A stretch of 63,759 bases of DNA, the filler included, from Reticulomyxa filosa (taxonomy: Eukaryota > Protista > Foraminifera), in assembly GCA_000512085.1 (NCBI GenBank). It is 15 parts of 15 records of this genome, joined end to end, with 100 filler letters (N's around TTAATTAATTAA, not from the genome) between each part and the next. Parts side by side here need not be neighbours in the genome. Positions count along the whole stretch, not along the records: positions 50,267 to 53,892 come from ASPP01005260.1; positions 53,993 to 55,166 come from ASPP01043225.1; positions 55,267 to 56,634 come from ASPP01028890.1; positions 56,735 to 63,759 come from ASPP01018307.1; 11 more parts are not named here. One strand, 5' to 3'. Of this stretch, positions 50,762-63,175 are shown one piece after another. The notes under the pieces are model-generated. The model did not search any database and was not told the origin of the DNA. It saw only the letters and a program-made list of their open reading frames with translations. The position numbers were made by a program, and so were the translations under genes. The number at the start of each line of letters is the position of its first letter. Position 1 is the stretch's first letter.

Positions 50762-53700
50762 TTAAAATATTCCTCCACGTTGTTCGACAAGTAATTTCTG
50801 TTGGGATGTCAAGCCATTTGTATTTTTCCAAATACTGTTTTTCATCGATAAACCAAAACCTTGAACACCCACTTGCCAAATGCATTTCATTAAACCAACA
50901 TCAGCGGCATGGTCCGCCTCATTATTCATACCCCATAAACGGATAGTTCTATCATCTGAACATGATACAATTTTTGAGCCGTCTGGTGATAATTCCATTC
51001 CAAATATAGCTCCAGTATGTCCTTCTAAGGATTGGATTTGTCGCCCTGAAGATGCATCCCATATTCGGATAGTTTTATCGTCTGAGTATGAGATAATTTT
51101 AGAAGCATCAGGTGAAAAGTGTACTTCTCTGATATAATCCGTATGTCCCTCTAATACTTGAAGTTGCTTTCCAGATGACGCATCCCATATTCGAATTGTA
51201 TTGTCAGATGAACATGATACTATTTTGGAGCCATTCGGCGAAAATTGAACCTCTTTTACGGCCTCTGAATGTCCTTCCAATAATAGGAGCTGCTTTCCAG
51301 ATTGTGCATCCCACACTCGAACAGTCTCATCATTTGAACAGGTTACAATTTTTTTACCATTTGGTGAAAATCGTGAGGTGTTTACATAACCTACATGTCC
51401 TTCAAATGATCGAAGCTGCTTTCCGGACAACGCGTCCCACAATCGAATGGTTTTATTAGAATGAGACAAAATTTTGGAACCATCAGGTGAAAATTGAACC
51501 GCACTTACTGGCTCCGAATGTCCACTCAACAATAAAAGTGGCTCTCCAGATGACACATCCCATATCTGAATAAACTTATCCCGATGACATGATACAATTT
51601 CGATCCATCAGGCGAAAATTGTATCCCTAGCACATCCCCTGCACCAATTACTTGAAGTTGTTTTCCAGACAATACGTCCCATATTCGAATCGTTTTGTCG
51701 GCCGAATATGAAGCAATGTAGGTACCATCTGGTGAAAATTGGACTCGATATACACCGTGTGAATGCCCGTCTAATAATTGGACCTGTCTTCCAGATACCA
51801 CATCCCACAATCGAATAGTTTTATCCCAAGAACAAGACAAAATTTTAGAGCCATCAGGCGAAAAATGCACTTTATTTACACTGTCCAAGTGTCCTTCTAT
51901 TAGTTGCATTTTTCGTCCCAATGCTACATCCCATATTCGAATAGTTTTATCGCCTGAGCATGATAAAACTTTCGAGCCATTTGAAAAAAATTGAACTCCA
52001 GTTACATGTCCTAAATGCCCTTCTAATATTTGAAGCTGATTTCCGGATAATACATCCCAGATTCGAATTGTTCTGTCATCCGAGCCAGATACAACTTTAG
52101 AGCCATCAGGAGAAAACCGAGCTTCCTCCACATAATCTGAATGACCTTCTAAGACTTGGAGTTGTTTTCCAGACATTACATCCCATATTCGGATTGTTGT
52201 ATCTGCTGAATAAGACAAAAGTTTTAGGTTATCAGATGAAAAGTGAACACCATTTACATTCTTTAAATGCCCTTCGAATATTTTAATTTGTCGGCCTGAT
52301 GACAAATCCCATATTCGAATAGTCTTATCATCGGAACAGGATACAAGTTTCGATCCATCTGCTGAAAATTGCACCACATTTATAGGTTGTGTGTGCCCTT
52401 TAAACATTTGAATTTGTTCTCCGGATGACACATCCCATATTCGAATAGTTTTGTCCCAAGAACACGAGACAACCTTTGATCCATCCGGAGAAAATTGCAC
52501 TCCGCTCACAACATCAGAATGTCCATCTAGAATTTGAATTTGCTGGATTGGTGACAAATCCCATATGCGAACACTTCTATCCCATGAGCCTGAAACAACT
52601 TTTGATCCGTCTGGGGAAAATCGTGCTTCGAGGATCCATCCTCCATGTCCTTCCAATGATTGAATTTGTTTTCCGGATAACACATCCCATAACCGAATAG
52701 TACAATCATTTGAACATGACACGATTTTAGAGCCATCTCGTGAAAACCGCACTCGATTTACGCCCTCCGTATGTCCTTTTAAGTAGGCATACTCACCAAA
52801 GTAAATGCCATTCATCGATGCATTTGCAAAATTCGCCTTGTTCAAAAAAGATTGATAAAAACTAACATAGTCTAAATTTGCATTTTGGAAGTCGGTTCCT
52901 TCGAGGAATGCATTGTCCAGAGTTGCATGTGGTATTTTTATACCACTCCAATCTCGATAATGCATGTTAACATTTGCTGAATTGAGTATAGTAATTGCGT
53001 TTGCTGCTGCGACACTAACTTTTTCATTTTTTTTTGTATGCTTCAATGATTCTAAATAATCTCGACTTTAAATTTGAGAAAATTGGATCAGTATCATGTA
53101 TTCTTTCACTGATGAACTTGATAATTCCCTGTTCTTCATTTAGCAATTTGATATTGATAAGTAAATCTGGAACATGTGTTTCAAATTGTTGTTGAAATCC
53201 TTGATTGTTTAGATCCAAATTAGCAATAGGTCTCCATGAAATAATATCAAAAATAATCTTTTGTGCAGCGTAATATTCTTGGCAGGATTTATGCAAAAAC
53301 TGGTATTTGTTGTCTCCAGTTCTTCGCAAAACATATTTCGCAATGCTGTCACCGCTGAAATATTTTTCCCAGATATCTTGTGTTTTTGAGATAGTTTCTT
53401 TCCTTGTTTTTAATTCTATGCTTTCAACCATAACACTTTTGCTCTCTTTTTCTATGCTTGGATCTAATTTTCCCCAAATTTCATCATTTTGATTTTGAAA
53501 ATCTGCTTCAATTGCAACTTGATTCCTTTGAATAAACATATCAAATGCTAAATCGAGGCAATACTTTTCAAGCGTTGCTTTTATTTTTTGAATATTTATT
53601 TGAATGCGCAATTCTGTCAATTTCAAGATTATATTTTGAACATGAACGTCAATCCATTGTTCATTAAACTTCATATTTTTGGTTCTGGAAATTTTGCTGC

Positions 53701-53860
53701 CTACACCATATCGTTTTACCAATGCTGGCAATACATTCAAAATAAGCTGAAGAAGAGTTTTTTAATATTTGATCTATTGTCTCAGTTGTATTTTTATAGC
53801 AAGAACAGCATTTTATTTTTGAGAAAGGGTGTCATCTCAAAAAAAAGTAGTTTCCAGTGA
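50762..53860 (-). CDS. NACHT/STAND-type winged-helix region + pentapeptide repeats + ~15 WD40 repeats; 5'-truncated, frameshifted (errors or pseudogene)
   Basis: YQFLHKSCQEYYAA; pentapeptide ATLDNAFLEGTDFQNANLD; repeated GH...FSPDGSKIVSCS.D.TIRIWD units. Frameshifts at A-runs near 53035 and 51598. Confidence 0.9.
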
Positions 53861-53994
53861 AAATTCAAAAAAAAAAACTAACATGCAGAGTANNNNNNNN
53901 NNNNNNNNNNNNNNNNNNNNNNNNNNNNNNNNNNNNTTAATTAATTAANNNNNNNNNNNNNNNNNNNNNNNNNNNNNNNNNNNNNNNNNNNNAA

Positions 53995-54972
53995 CAAATT
54001 GACAATTTAAAACATGAATTACAAGAAAAAGATCAAACAATAAATGCAAATAATACTGAATTCAAAAAAAAATTGGAACAATATCAAATTAAATTTAACG
54101 AATACAAACAAAACGTCAAAACTAAAGTAGAAAATGAAAATACAAATATCCAACAACTTCAACATCAACTTCAAATTAAAACACAACTTGAACAAGAACA
54201 AAAAAATGAACAAAAAGAACAAGAAAATGAACAACACAAAAGCTGTGAGAATATGTTGTCATTCATTCAAAGTTCGAATTTAAAAAATGGAGTTGATTTT
54301 TTATTGATCACTGAAAATCAACAAACAATACAATTAAAAAACAATGAATGGAATGATTATAATTTTGGAATATTTTTACTTGGAGAAAATACCACTTTAA
54401 CTCTTAATTGTAATAGATATAAAAAAGAACTTGGACATCTAAAAATCAAAACAAGTCATTTGTGGATTAAACATTCTTCATCCAAAATCGATTGCTCAAA
54501 ATTGGGATATCCGATGAATCAAGGTCCTGGAAAGGGTAACAGTTTGCGTGGCGGTGGTGGATATGGAACGAAAGGAGGAGGATATGATGGACAATGTGGA
54601 GAAATGTATGGAGAAGAGACTTTGTTGAAAAAAATTCATTTTGGAAGTGGTGGATATGGATATGGAGGAAGTGGTGGTGGAATAATTGAACTGATAATTG
54701 AACAACAATTGATCAATCATGGATCGATTCAATCCAATGGAAAGAATGCATATAATTATGGTGGTGGTGGAAGTGGAGGATCAATATTGATTGAATTTCA
54801 ATGTCAATCTCATTCAAATAAATTGAAACAAACTGTTGGAACTATCACATGTATTGGAGGAAGTGGAAGATATAATGGTGGAGACGGAAGAATTGCAATT
54901 TATGGTATTGAATTATCATCAGATGATATTTTAGCTATTGATCCGAAACCGTTTAATAGGCTCCACAAATAA
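53995..54972 (+). CDS. Coiled-coil protein with a C-terminal glycine-rich (polyglycine-II-type) domain; 5'-truncated
   Basis: Q/E/K heptads, then GGGGYGTKGG, FGSGG, GGSGGGIIEL, GSIQSNG, GGGGSGGSILI and GGDGRIAIY. Confidence 0.85.
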   Translation, partial: QIDNLKHELQEKDQTINANNTEFKKKLEQYQIKFNEYKQNVKTKVENENTNIQQLQHQLQIKTQLEQEQKNEQKEQENEQHKSCENMLSFIQSSNLKNGVDFLLITENQQTIQLKNNEWNDYNFGIFLLGENTTLTLNCNRYKKELGHLKIKTSHLWIKHSSSKIDCSKLGYPMNQGPGKGNSLRGGGGYGTKGGGYDGQCGEMYGEETLLKKIHFGSGGYGYGGSGGGIIELIIEQQLINHGSIQSNGKNAYNYGGGGSGGSILIEFQCQSHSNKLKQTVGTITCIGGSGRYNGGDGRIAIYGIELSSDDILAIDPKPFNRLHK

Positions 54973-55323
54973 TTTGATTTGATTTCTTTATTTTCCAATT
55001 TTTTCAATAATTGTTTGTTTTCAAATGATATTTATTTTGTCAGTTTCAAATTATTTTTAAAGTTGGAAATTGAAGTACTTTGAAATGCAAATAGAATAGT
55101 TGCAATTCATATTTGATGTTTTGTTTTGAATGAATAAATGATTTGGATCAAAGAAAAAAGTAAAATNNNNNNNNNNNNNNNNNNNNNNNNNNNNNNNNNN
55201 NNNNNNNNNNTTAATTAATTAANNNNNNNNNNNNNNNNNNNNNNNNNNNNNNNNNNNNNNNNNNNNTTATTAAACAATGATGAAAGACCCACAAGATAAA
55301 AAAACAACAAGAAAAAACGCAAT

Positions 55324-56300
55324 TTAATCGTCCCATTCTTCATCGTCAGATTCCTCATGGTCTAACTCCTTTTGCACATAAGTGCGGCCCAAATGTTAGT
55401 GAGGGGGAAATAATATTAAAAAAAGCTTCTTTATAAATTTTTTTGTGAACAAAACTAAAAAATCTTTTCAATTGAAACAAATCAGACAATATTTAATAAC
55501 TCTCCAGTAGTATCTTCATCAAAACCTTTTTCTCTTACATCCTCTTTTTTTTTAGACTAAACAGAAATTGAATTTTGAAACAACTAAAGTCAAAAAAAAA
55601 AAGTGTGATACATGAAATTTTATCTCAGTTAGTGGAGTTAAACAATATTAGCATTTTTAACTAAATCATAAATAAAGATGAACATGCGAATTAGTTTAAA
55701 ATTATCAAAGCTCTTACTATGGAAGTGTGAGAAAGCCAAGGTAAGAAAGCATATGGTGGGGGGATTACTCTGAGCATTGCATCGGCCAGTCTATATTATT
55801 TTGATAAAACACACAATTTACATTTATTTAGTTTTTATACAAAATGCTTTTATTTTCAAGATTGGCTTTAGTTAGTTGCTTCGTTTGGTATGAGTACCAA
55901 TAACCAAAAGATGTTTGATTGTGGTCTCACATCATTGGGATACGTTTTTATCTTTTTTTGCCCAATTTTTGCATCATTACTTGTCACATTGGATCGATAC
56001 GTCCAACTCCACTTCTTTTCCAAGTTTTATCTATTGTACTTATTTTATTCTTACATATGTATATATATGATATTGTAACTTAAAATTGAGCTAGTGCCTT
56101 TGCAGTTACAACAATGGACAAAGTCCTTGAAAACTTCCAAATTTGTGATTTGAGTGAATTGGCGATGCTGGAGCGATGAGAACCGATGGGATTGAAAACG
56201 GTGCTTTGCAGATATGTCGACAACATATTCGACAGTGTTGCCAAACGAATTTCGAGCCATATTTTGTAGATATTCACAGCATTGCATCCCCCGACGATCC
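55324..56300 (-). CDS. 3' exons of a protein ending in an acidic-Trp motif (EESDDEEWDD*)
   Basis: The terminal exon reads YVQKELDHEESDDEEWDD*. Upstream mini-exons can be joined in frame, but one acceptor is non-canonical. Confidence 0.45.
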
Positions 56301-57356
56301 ATTCTAATACCAACCCATTGCCATTGCTGTTGCTATTGATAGCATTGCTTTGTTTGGATATACGCTTGCCGCAGATGAACATTAGCATTGTTATCAGTAT
56401 TGATATTGGTATTCGTATTGGTATGTGAAGAAGGAAGGTTAGTACAGTTTCCTTGCTGTGGATGATCCGCACTACTACCATCACTACTACCACAGTCATG
56501 TCCATTCACGCCAGATGAAGCAGGCAATTGAGTCGATATGTTTGTTGCAAATTATTATGTCAGTCTTTTTTTTTCTCCTTTTATTTGCTGATATAATTGT
56601 TATATTACTTTTTTTTTCTTGCAACAATTTTATTNNNNNNNNNNNNNNNNNNNNNNNNNNNNNNNNNNNNNNNNNNNNTTAATTAATTAANNNNNNNNNN
56701 NNNNNNNNNNNNNNNNNNNNNNNNNNNNNNNNNNTTTAAAAAAAGCCTAATTCCATAGGGAATAAAATACAAAATGCTTTCGATTAGTTTTATATTTATT
56801 TTGAAACAAATTCTTTAACACGAAATACATATCATAACATTCTCTTGGGGTATTTTTGACATTTAAAGAAAGGGATATAAATTTCAGTAATAGAAAACAA
56901 TTGAAAGCTAAAGAAACGCCAAATTGATTAGCACTTTACATTTTTCAAAAAAGAAGATTTACTGATGTTCTTTTTATTTTTTGTGCATTTGAGCTATGTA
57001 TTTTCGTTCTGCATAATAAAACAACCATACAAATTCAGGAAAATAGAAGTTTAACATCATTCAACGAGTCCAATCTTCCAAACAAAAGCCTGCATCAGTA
57101 CTTTTCCGAAAACTAAAAAAAACCTTTGTCTTTTTTGACCCCGATTTATAAATCTATAAACTTCTAGCCGCGAATCATCCAGAAAAGGAAAAAAGAAAAG
57201 TTTCGCAAAAGCAAGTGTCTTTAAGTTGTTGTATACTGATATAAGACATGACCAAAGACAAGCCCTCGTGAAGGAGAGAGGGGAAAAAAGGGGGATACGA
57301 GGTGACACTGTAAAAAAAAATCGAAATAACAAAAAAAAATGTAACAGAGAATATCA

Positions 57357-58037
57357 ATGAGTTCATTACCAAACAATAAAAAGCAATTGAAAGAATCAGA
57401 AGCACAAAAAAAAGCAAATGCAGCATCAGTATCAGCATCAGCATCAGCATCAGCGTCAAAGCAAGCAGCAACAGCAAAAGGAGGAAAAGCTCAAGAAGCG
57501 ACAACGGACGAAGTGGACGACACAAAATCGAAACGTAAAACAGGCCGTCGCAAATCGCAATTAGACAAGGATGAGCTCCGTCAATTGAAAGAGGCATTTG
57601 CATTTTTTGACCACAACGGTGACGGGGAGATATCAACACAAGAAATCGGCGAAGTGATGAAAGCGTTGGGACTGGAAATAACCGACGAAGAGCTGAAAGA
57701 CATAATGAATGACTTGGACGAAAACGGAGACGGCCATATGGACTTTGATGAGTTTGTTTTGATGATGGACCGCCGAATGAGCATCGGGTCGCAAATGGAC
57801 GAAATCAAAGCCACCTTTGCGTTCTTTGACAAAAATGGAGACGGCAAGATCGACTTTGACGAATTGAAAGAAGTGCTGTCGCGCTTAGGAGAAGAGGTCA
57901 CTGACAAGGATGTCCAAGACATGATCAAAGAAGCCGACATGAATGGTGATGGTGCCATTGACTTTGAAGAGTTTGTTCAAATGATGATGGCCAATGAAGA
58001 TGAGCACACTAAAAAAACATTTATGTTGCGATCTTAA
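57357..58037 (+). CDS. Calmodulin/centrin-like 4-EF-hand Ca2+-binding protein with N-terminal extension
   Basis: EF loops DHNGDGEISTQE, DENGDGHMDFDE, DKNGDGKIDFDE and DMNGDGAIDFEE. Confidence 0.95.
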   Translation: MSSLPNNKKQLKESEAQKKANAASVSASASASASKQAATAKGGKAQEATTDEVDDTKSKRKTGRRKSQLDKDELRQLKEAFAFFDHNGDGEISTQEIGEVMKALGLEITDEELKDIMNDLDENGDGHMDFDEFVLMMDRRMSIGSQMDEIKATFAFFDKNGDGKIDFDELKEVLSRLGEEVTDKDVQDMIKEADMNGDGAIDFEEFVQMMMANEDEHTKKTFMLRS

Positions 58038-59988
58038 AAACAAATAAATTGTTTCATTTTTTTTTTTTTTTGTTTTCCCCCTTTTTTTTTTTTTTAAAAA
58101 AAAAAATGCGATTATTTCTTTTTTTTTTTACCCCCCCTTTTTTTTTTTGTGACATATAAAACATTTGTTTGTTTTACTTGTTTTTTCTCTACCTTTTTTT
58201 CTTGTTCTTGTTCAAAATGAAAGGAGGATTACAACAGTTGTTGTGTGGCTTTTTTATATGTATTTTTTTTTGGAGGAAGACCCCACACAAAAATTTCTGT
58301 TATTTTTTTAATGTAAGCCCAAGTGTGTGTATCATTGCAATAAAAAAGTGTTAGTTTAGTATATTGAAATGGTTGAAAATAATCAACTTCTCCTGCTTTG
58401 ACGCTCGAAATAAATTGGACATTGTATACATCCAAAAAAATTGTCCTTTTTTTCGGTATGTCAAGGACCTTTTTGTTTGTTTGGATCTCTGATTCTCCTC
58501 CCTTTCCTTTTCCCTTGCCCTCCTCCCCATGTCTTGAAGGTGACACACAAAACTTTGATACGTTGCATTTGGAGTTTTTTTTGTTTTTTTTCCTCCCACT
58601 CTTCCCCTCTGTTTTGTTGAACGAGGGTATTGAGATGGAATCAAGAGCTTCCAGTACACCCTCCTCTTTAATATGCCATTTCCCCCTTTCGCACATGTAA
58701 AGCTTGAGTGTTTTTTTTTTCCTCGTTTTTGTTGTTGATTTTTTTTTGGTTGTTTTTTATCCATCATTCCAAATCCTCAGTTTTGTGAAAATTTCAAGAA
58801 CAGCAAATAAATCATTTTGAGTGTTTTACTTTCTCAATGAAGATGTTAATTTTTTGCCCGCAAAAAGTTGTCACAAATATTCTGAATTAAATTAATGCGT
58901 TCTGATGTTCCTTTTTGCTAACCACACTAAGTGATAACCACTTTATTTTAGAATATTTTTATTTTTAGAGGACTGTAAAGCAAACAACAAAAAAAAAACC
59001 TTTTAAAGGTCAGGAATAATAATAGTTAGTCATATTACTCATTTTTTTGAATCATGTCGATGTTATTCATTATTAGACTATCTGGAATTCTTCTTTTTGA
59101 GTACTTGAAACATTTTTATAAATTTGTGCTCAAGTTTTTTTGTGCAACTTATTTTTTCATCTTAAAGTAAATAAATAAGTTATATTAATTCATAATTCTT
59201 TTTACAATAGTGTCTATTTACTATAAACATATAGATTTTTTAATACAAAAAATTACCGTATATACTTTTTTTATAGAATAAAAAATAATACCTCGAAGCA
59301 ATATATCCAATTGCAATATCGTTCGCTCGTGAAATTGAATATTTAAGAAAATATTTCTATTTTATTTGCTTATGAAAAGATTTACTATTATGTTGTTTTG
59401 CTTCATTTGATCGGAATTGTAGATATTCTAACTTGTGACGTCCATTGCATGTACATTCAGGATGAAATCTTAACCAAATTAATTCTAACTGAATATAAAT
59501 ATTTTGCTTGTAAAAGCACATCTTTTGCTTTCATATTATTGCACAACAAGTAACTACAAAAAAGTAAACAGAAAATAAGAAACATTTTCGTTACAAAAAA
59601 GACATTTTGCACAAGTTGTTTTCATGTCCATTATTATGTCGCTTGTGCTGTGTGATATTTTAATGTTTAAATTTACGTTTAAAATTCCAAAAACGATACT
59701 TTCACTCTTTTTATCGTGCAAATATAATCTAATGCTCATTTCTTTTATTTCAAAAAGAAATAAAAACGATAAAAAATTCACCTAAAGCGTTAAACAAAAT
59801 GAAAAAAAGATAAAATATTTGACACAATACAAGAAGTTTATAAGCCATATTTGTGAAATATTATAAAATTATTTAACAATAAAAGTCAATTAATTTAAAT
59901 TTTCGTTAAGAAATTAAAAGTGATAGAATAACTTCATTGCAATAAAATACGGGGAACGTTTTCTGTAAAACCAAGAATTTGAATAAGC

Positions 59989-61588
59989 ATGTCGGAAACG
60001 GCAGTAGTCAGTGAATATAATTCAGCAGCCGACGAAAATATGGATCCTAATCTAGTGGAACCTCAAAAAAAGCAGAATAATAAGACAGCGGACGAAAATG
60101 GGAACAAAGCCGAGCCGGAAAAAACAAAAGAAAACAAGCAAAGTCCATATTATGACAAAGACCAAAACGAAGTTTTAGATTTGCAAAAAGAAGACATAGA
60201 AGAAAAGATATATTTATTTTTGGTACAATCGAACACAGCTCAAGTCGGATTCAAGTTTTGAGGATGATTTCCATAGGAAATTTTTTTTTATTACACTTAT
60301 AAAAAATAAAAATAATGGTAATAAAAAAAATAAAGAGAAGTCCGAAGTCACTTAGAAAAAAGTTATAATCTTCCGTCCAAGTCATTGAAAAATAAAAAAG
60401 AATTGTTAGTTCAAGCCTGTCAAACAGTTATCAATTTTTTTTAAAAAATTTTTATTCAAAAAAAAAAAAAACAACAAAAAAAAAAAAAGGCAATTAAAAA
60501 ATTTCAATCGAGTACGAAAGACACCCAATCAAAAAACAAACCTGTTTCGAAAAGGGGTCAAAAGAGGACCCGACGAGTAATGGAAGAGGAAGAGGAGGAA
60601 AAAGGATCAGAAGGACAGACGGAAACAAACACAGAAGCGTTGGAACCAATCAGTGACGAAAATGACCCCAAATCTCCCCCAAGGAAAAAAAGAAAAAATT
60701 TGCTGAGTAAAGAAAACGCAAAAAAGTCTGGAAAGAAACGTTCCACTAAGAAGCAACAACATAATTCAGATGAAAGTGAAGACGATTCTAAAACGAATGA
60801 AGATGTGAAAAAAAAAGGCAAATCAAAACAGAGGAAAACATCGACTTTGGCCGATCCAGTTTTGGTTTTTTTTTTTTTGAGTCTGTTTTTCCCAACAAGC
60901 AAACAACAGCAACAAAATTTTATGTTTTGTGTGTCGGATACTTTTTTTTTTTTAAAAAAAGGAGTCAAAAAAATTGGCTCAAATCCGCAAATTGGCACGC
61001 GCAGTTGGCCTTGGCAATCCAAAGCTATATTCGAAATTGAAGTCGTTGAGTGTAGAGGAACAGATTAATAAGCTAATTGAACTATTGGATGAAAACCATA
61101 TTCCTCACGGCAGTAAAGACTTGACGGAGAAAGCCATTCAAAAAACGAAAAAATTGTATGAAGAAAAAAGAGAAGTTGCAGAGTTGAATGCGACTTGTAA
61201 AGTAGAAAGTAACAGTGATGGTGAAAATACAGCAAGACCTAAGCGTCGTACACGAAAGCAAATCAACTATGCTGCTGTTGAGTGTTGGGTGAAGAAAGTG
61301 ACTGGGGAGAGGGAAAGTTATTGTATTATATGTAATACAAAAAAAAAAATTATATATATATGTATATAAACGTACATATATGAAGTTGGAGAAGAATGAG
61401 GAAGTCGATAAATTGCTTCAAGAAGAAGAGAAAGAAAATGATTCGGACAAGGAAAAATCAAACGTGGAGACGTGAAAGAAAAGTGCGAAAGCGATAACGC
61501 GGACAACGAAAACGATCAAATCACGGAGGAAGATGAATATAATCCTAGTGTTGATCGTGAAAATTCAGAAAGTGATGAACAGGATTAA
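59989..61588 (+). CDS. HIRIP3-like histone chaperone (DEK-C-like N-terminal region, acidic/basic linker, CHZ-like C-terminal region), multi-exon
   Basis: KVRSHLEKSYNL..SLKNKKE resembles DEK-C. IRKLARAVG..EEQINKL..KKLYEEKREVAEL..RPKRR resembles the HIRIP3 C-terminus. The last exon has an apparent frameshift near 61455. Confidence 0.65.
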
Positions 61589-62929
61589 AAAAAAAAAAGT
61601 AAATAAACACATTTATTTATTTTTTTACAAAATTTGGTGGGTTGATTTCAGTGTTGATTTTGTTTAGTTATTTATTTATTAATTTTTGGAATTAGTGCAA
61701 ACAAAGTAAAAGCACTTGTCAAAAATATCCACAACTTTTCGCAAACGTGTAAATATTTTATCAAACTGGTGCATGTTGTCCAAAATTTATAGTAGGGATA
61801 CCATTTAATTTGAAATTTTTTAGCTGCTTTTGCAAGGCCAACATAGCTTTAAAAAATATTGTTATTTTTAAGTTGTTCCCATTTTGCAGAATCGGCTGAT
61901 TTCGACAACGAATCAAAAGTTTTGGAGTTTTAGTTGTCATGAACTTACTTGTCGGCAATTGTGTAATGCTTAATGCTACCAAATGATATACAAGTACAAG
62001 AATTGGTTCCACCTAAACATACTGAGCATAAGAAGTTTCCTTCATCAATTAGACTGATACAATCCAAAACAAAGCACTTGATGATTGTGCATTAAACGTT
62101 CTCAAAAGTTTGGTTGAGTCCTAAAACAAAATAAAACATAAACTGCAGTATTTTTATCTATGATCACAAATGTTAGTTTGTTGTAGAAAAATGCATATTG
62201 CAAATATATTGCTACAACAGTGTTAATACTAAATGGAGCATTATAATACAAAGCTTTTTTTTGTTATTTTTTTAAAAACAAAGTTTCATAAATAAATGAA
62301 TGTTTAAAAAAAAAAATGGACAAATTTTATAAATATGATGATTTTCTTTCAAGAAAAAGCTGCATTTGAATTTAATTGTTGTCTTTCGTATTGCACATTC
62401 TACAACATTCATGCAAAGACACAGGTGTGTGTCATAGATCCAACATCAACACGCCAACATTTCAAGTTTGTTGATATTTTCGAAACAATATCATTTGTAT
62501 ATCCAAACGAAATATGTCATATCCATAGATTTTTGTCCATCGGATCATCAAGAAATCTAACTTTTTTTCACAAGTCAAAAAGTCCACACAACACAATGCC
62601 TTGATTTGTCGTTTCCGAAATGACTTGGGCAATGTTTGGACAGTCTTGGATTCAAATGCAAGCCAATATTTTAATCTGGAAAAATCCAAAGTACCTTGTC
62701 CATGGAAATGAAATAATCCGATATATATATAACAACCAGCGGCGGATATGTCGAGATTGAGTAAGTCTGTAACACCATTACGTGAACTGTGTTTTATTTT
62801 CAATTACTGTCGTTTATCCTCATAAACTTTGTTCCCCCCCCCACAAGTTTGAAATACATGCACACGCATGGAAAAATCTCGGATGTATGCGTATGTAAAA
62901 AAATACAAGATCCACGAAAAAAAATAGCA

Positions 62930-63175
62930 CTTAAAAAAGAACCAGCAGGAACACGCTAAGGGACACGAAGCATGAACACGAAGCAGCCGCAGGTAAGAAG
63001 TCGCAGAGAAGAGTCGCAGGGAATAAGTCGCAAGAACGAACCGCAGGAAGCGCAACAGGACGAGCTGTAGGAAGATCAACATGGCTAGCCGCAGGAAGAG
63101 CAACATGGCGAGCCTCATGAAGAGCCACACGAAGAACCACATCAAAGTCGCGTTGAACAAATCCATGTTAAATGA
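62930..63175 (+). pseudogene. Decayed E/P/Q/H repeat coding remnant
   Basis: EPQEAQQDEL*EDQHG*PQEEQHGEPHEEPHEEPHQ: in-frame stops interrupt an obvious peptide repeat. Confidence 0.4.

Noticed and set aside
24959-56734. Regularly recurring TTAATTAATTAA flanked by N runs, superficially like a repeat array
   Set aside because: It is a fixed-length artificial six-frame-stop contig linker. It also rules out synteny or operon-style inference across contigs.
58169-58767. Overlapping ORFs downstream of the EF-hand gene
   Set aside because: These are homopolymer-rich, UTR-like sequences with no recognisable domain.
9200-61460. Frameshifts in otherwise intact genes (~9225, ~9990, ~20183, ~51598, ~53035, ~61455) as programmed frameshifting or editing
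   Set aside because: All fall in homopolymer runs, which is typical of pyrosequencing-type indel errors. I saw no consistent slippery site plus downstream structure. Raw reads would be needed.
62990-63140. TAG at Gln/Glu positions of a peptide repeat, suggesting stop-codon reassignment
   Set aside because: Intact conserved genes in the window have no in-frame TAA/TAG and end in standard stops. Pseudogene decay is the simpler explanation.
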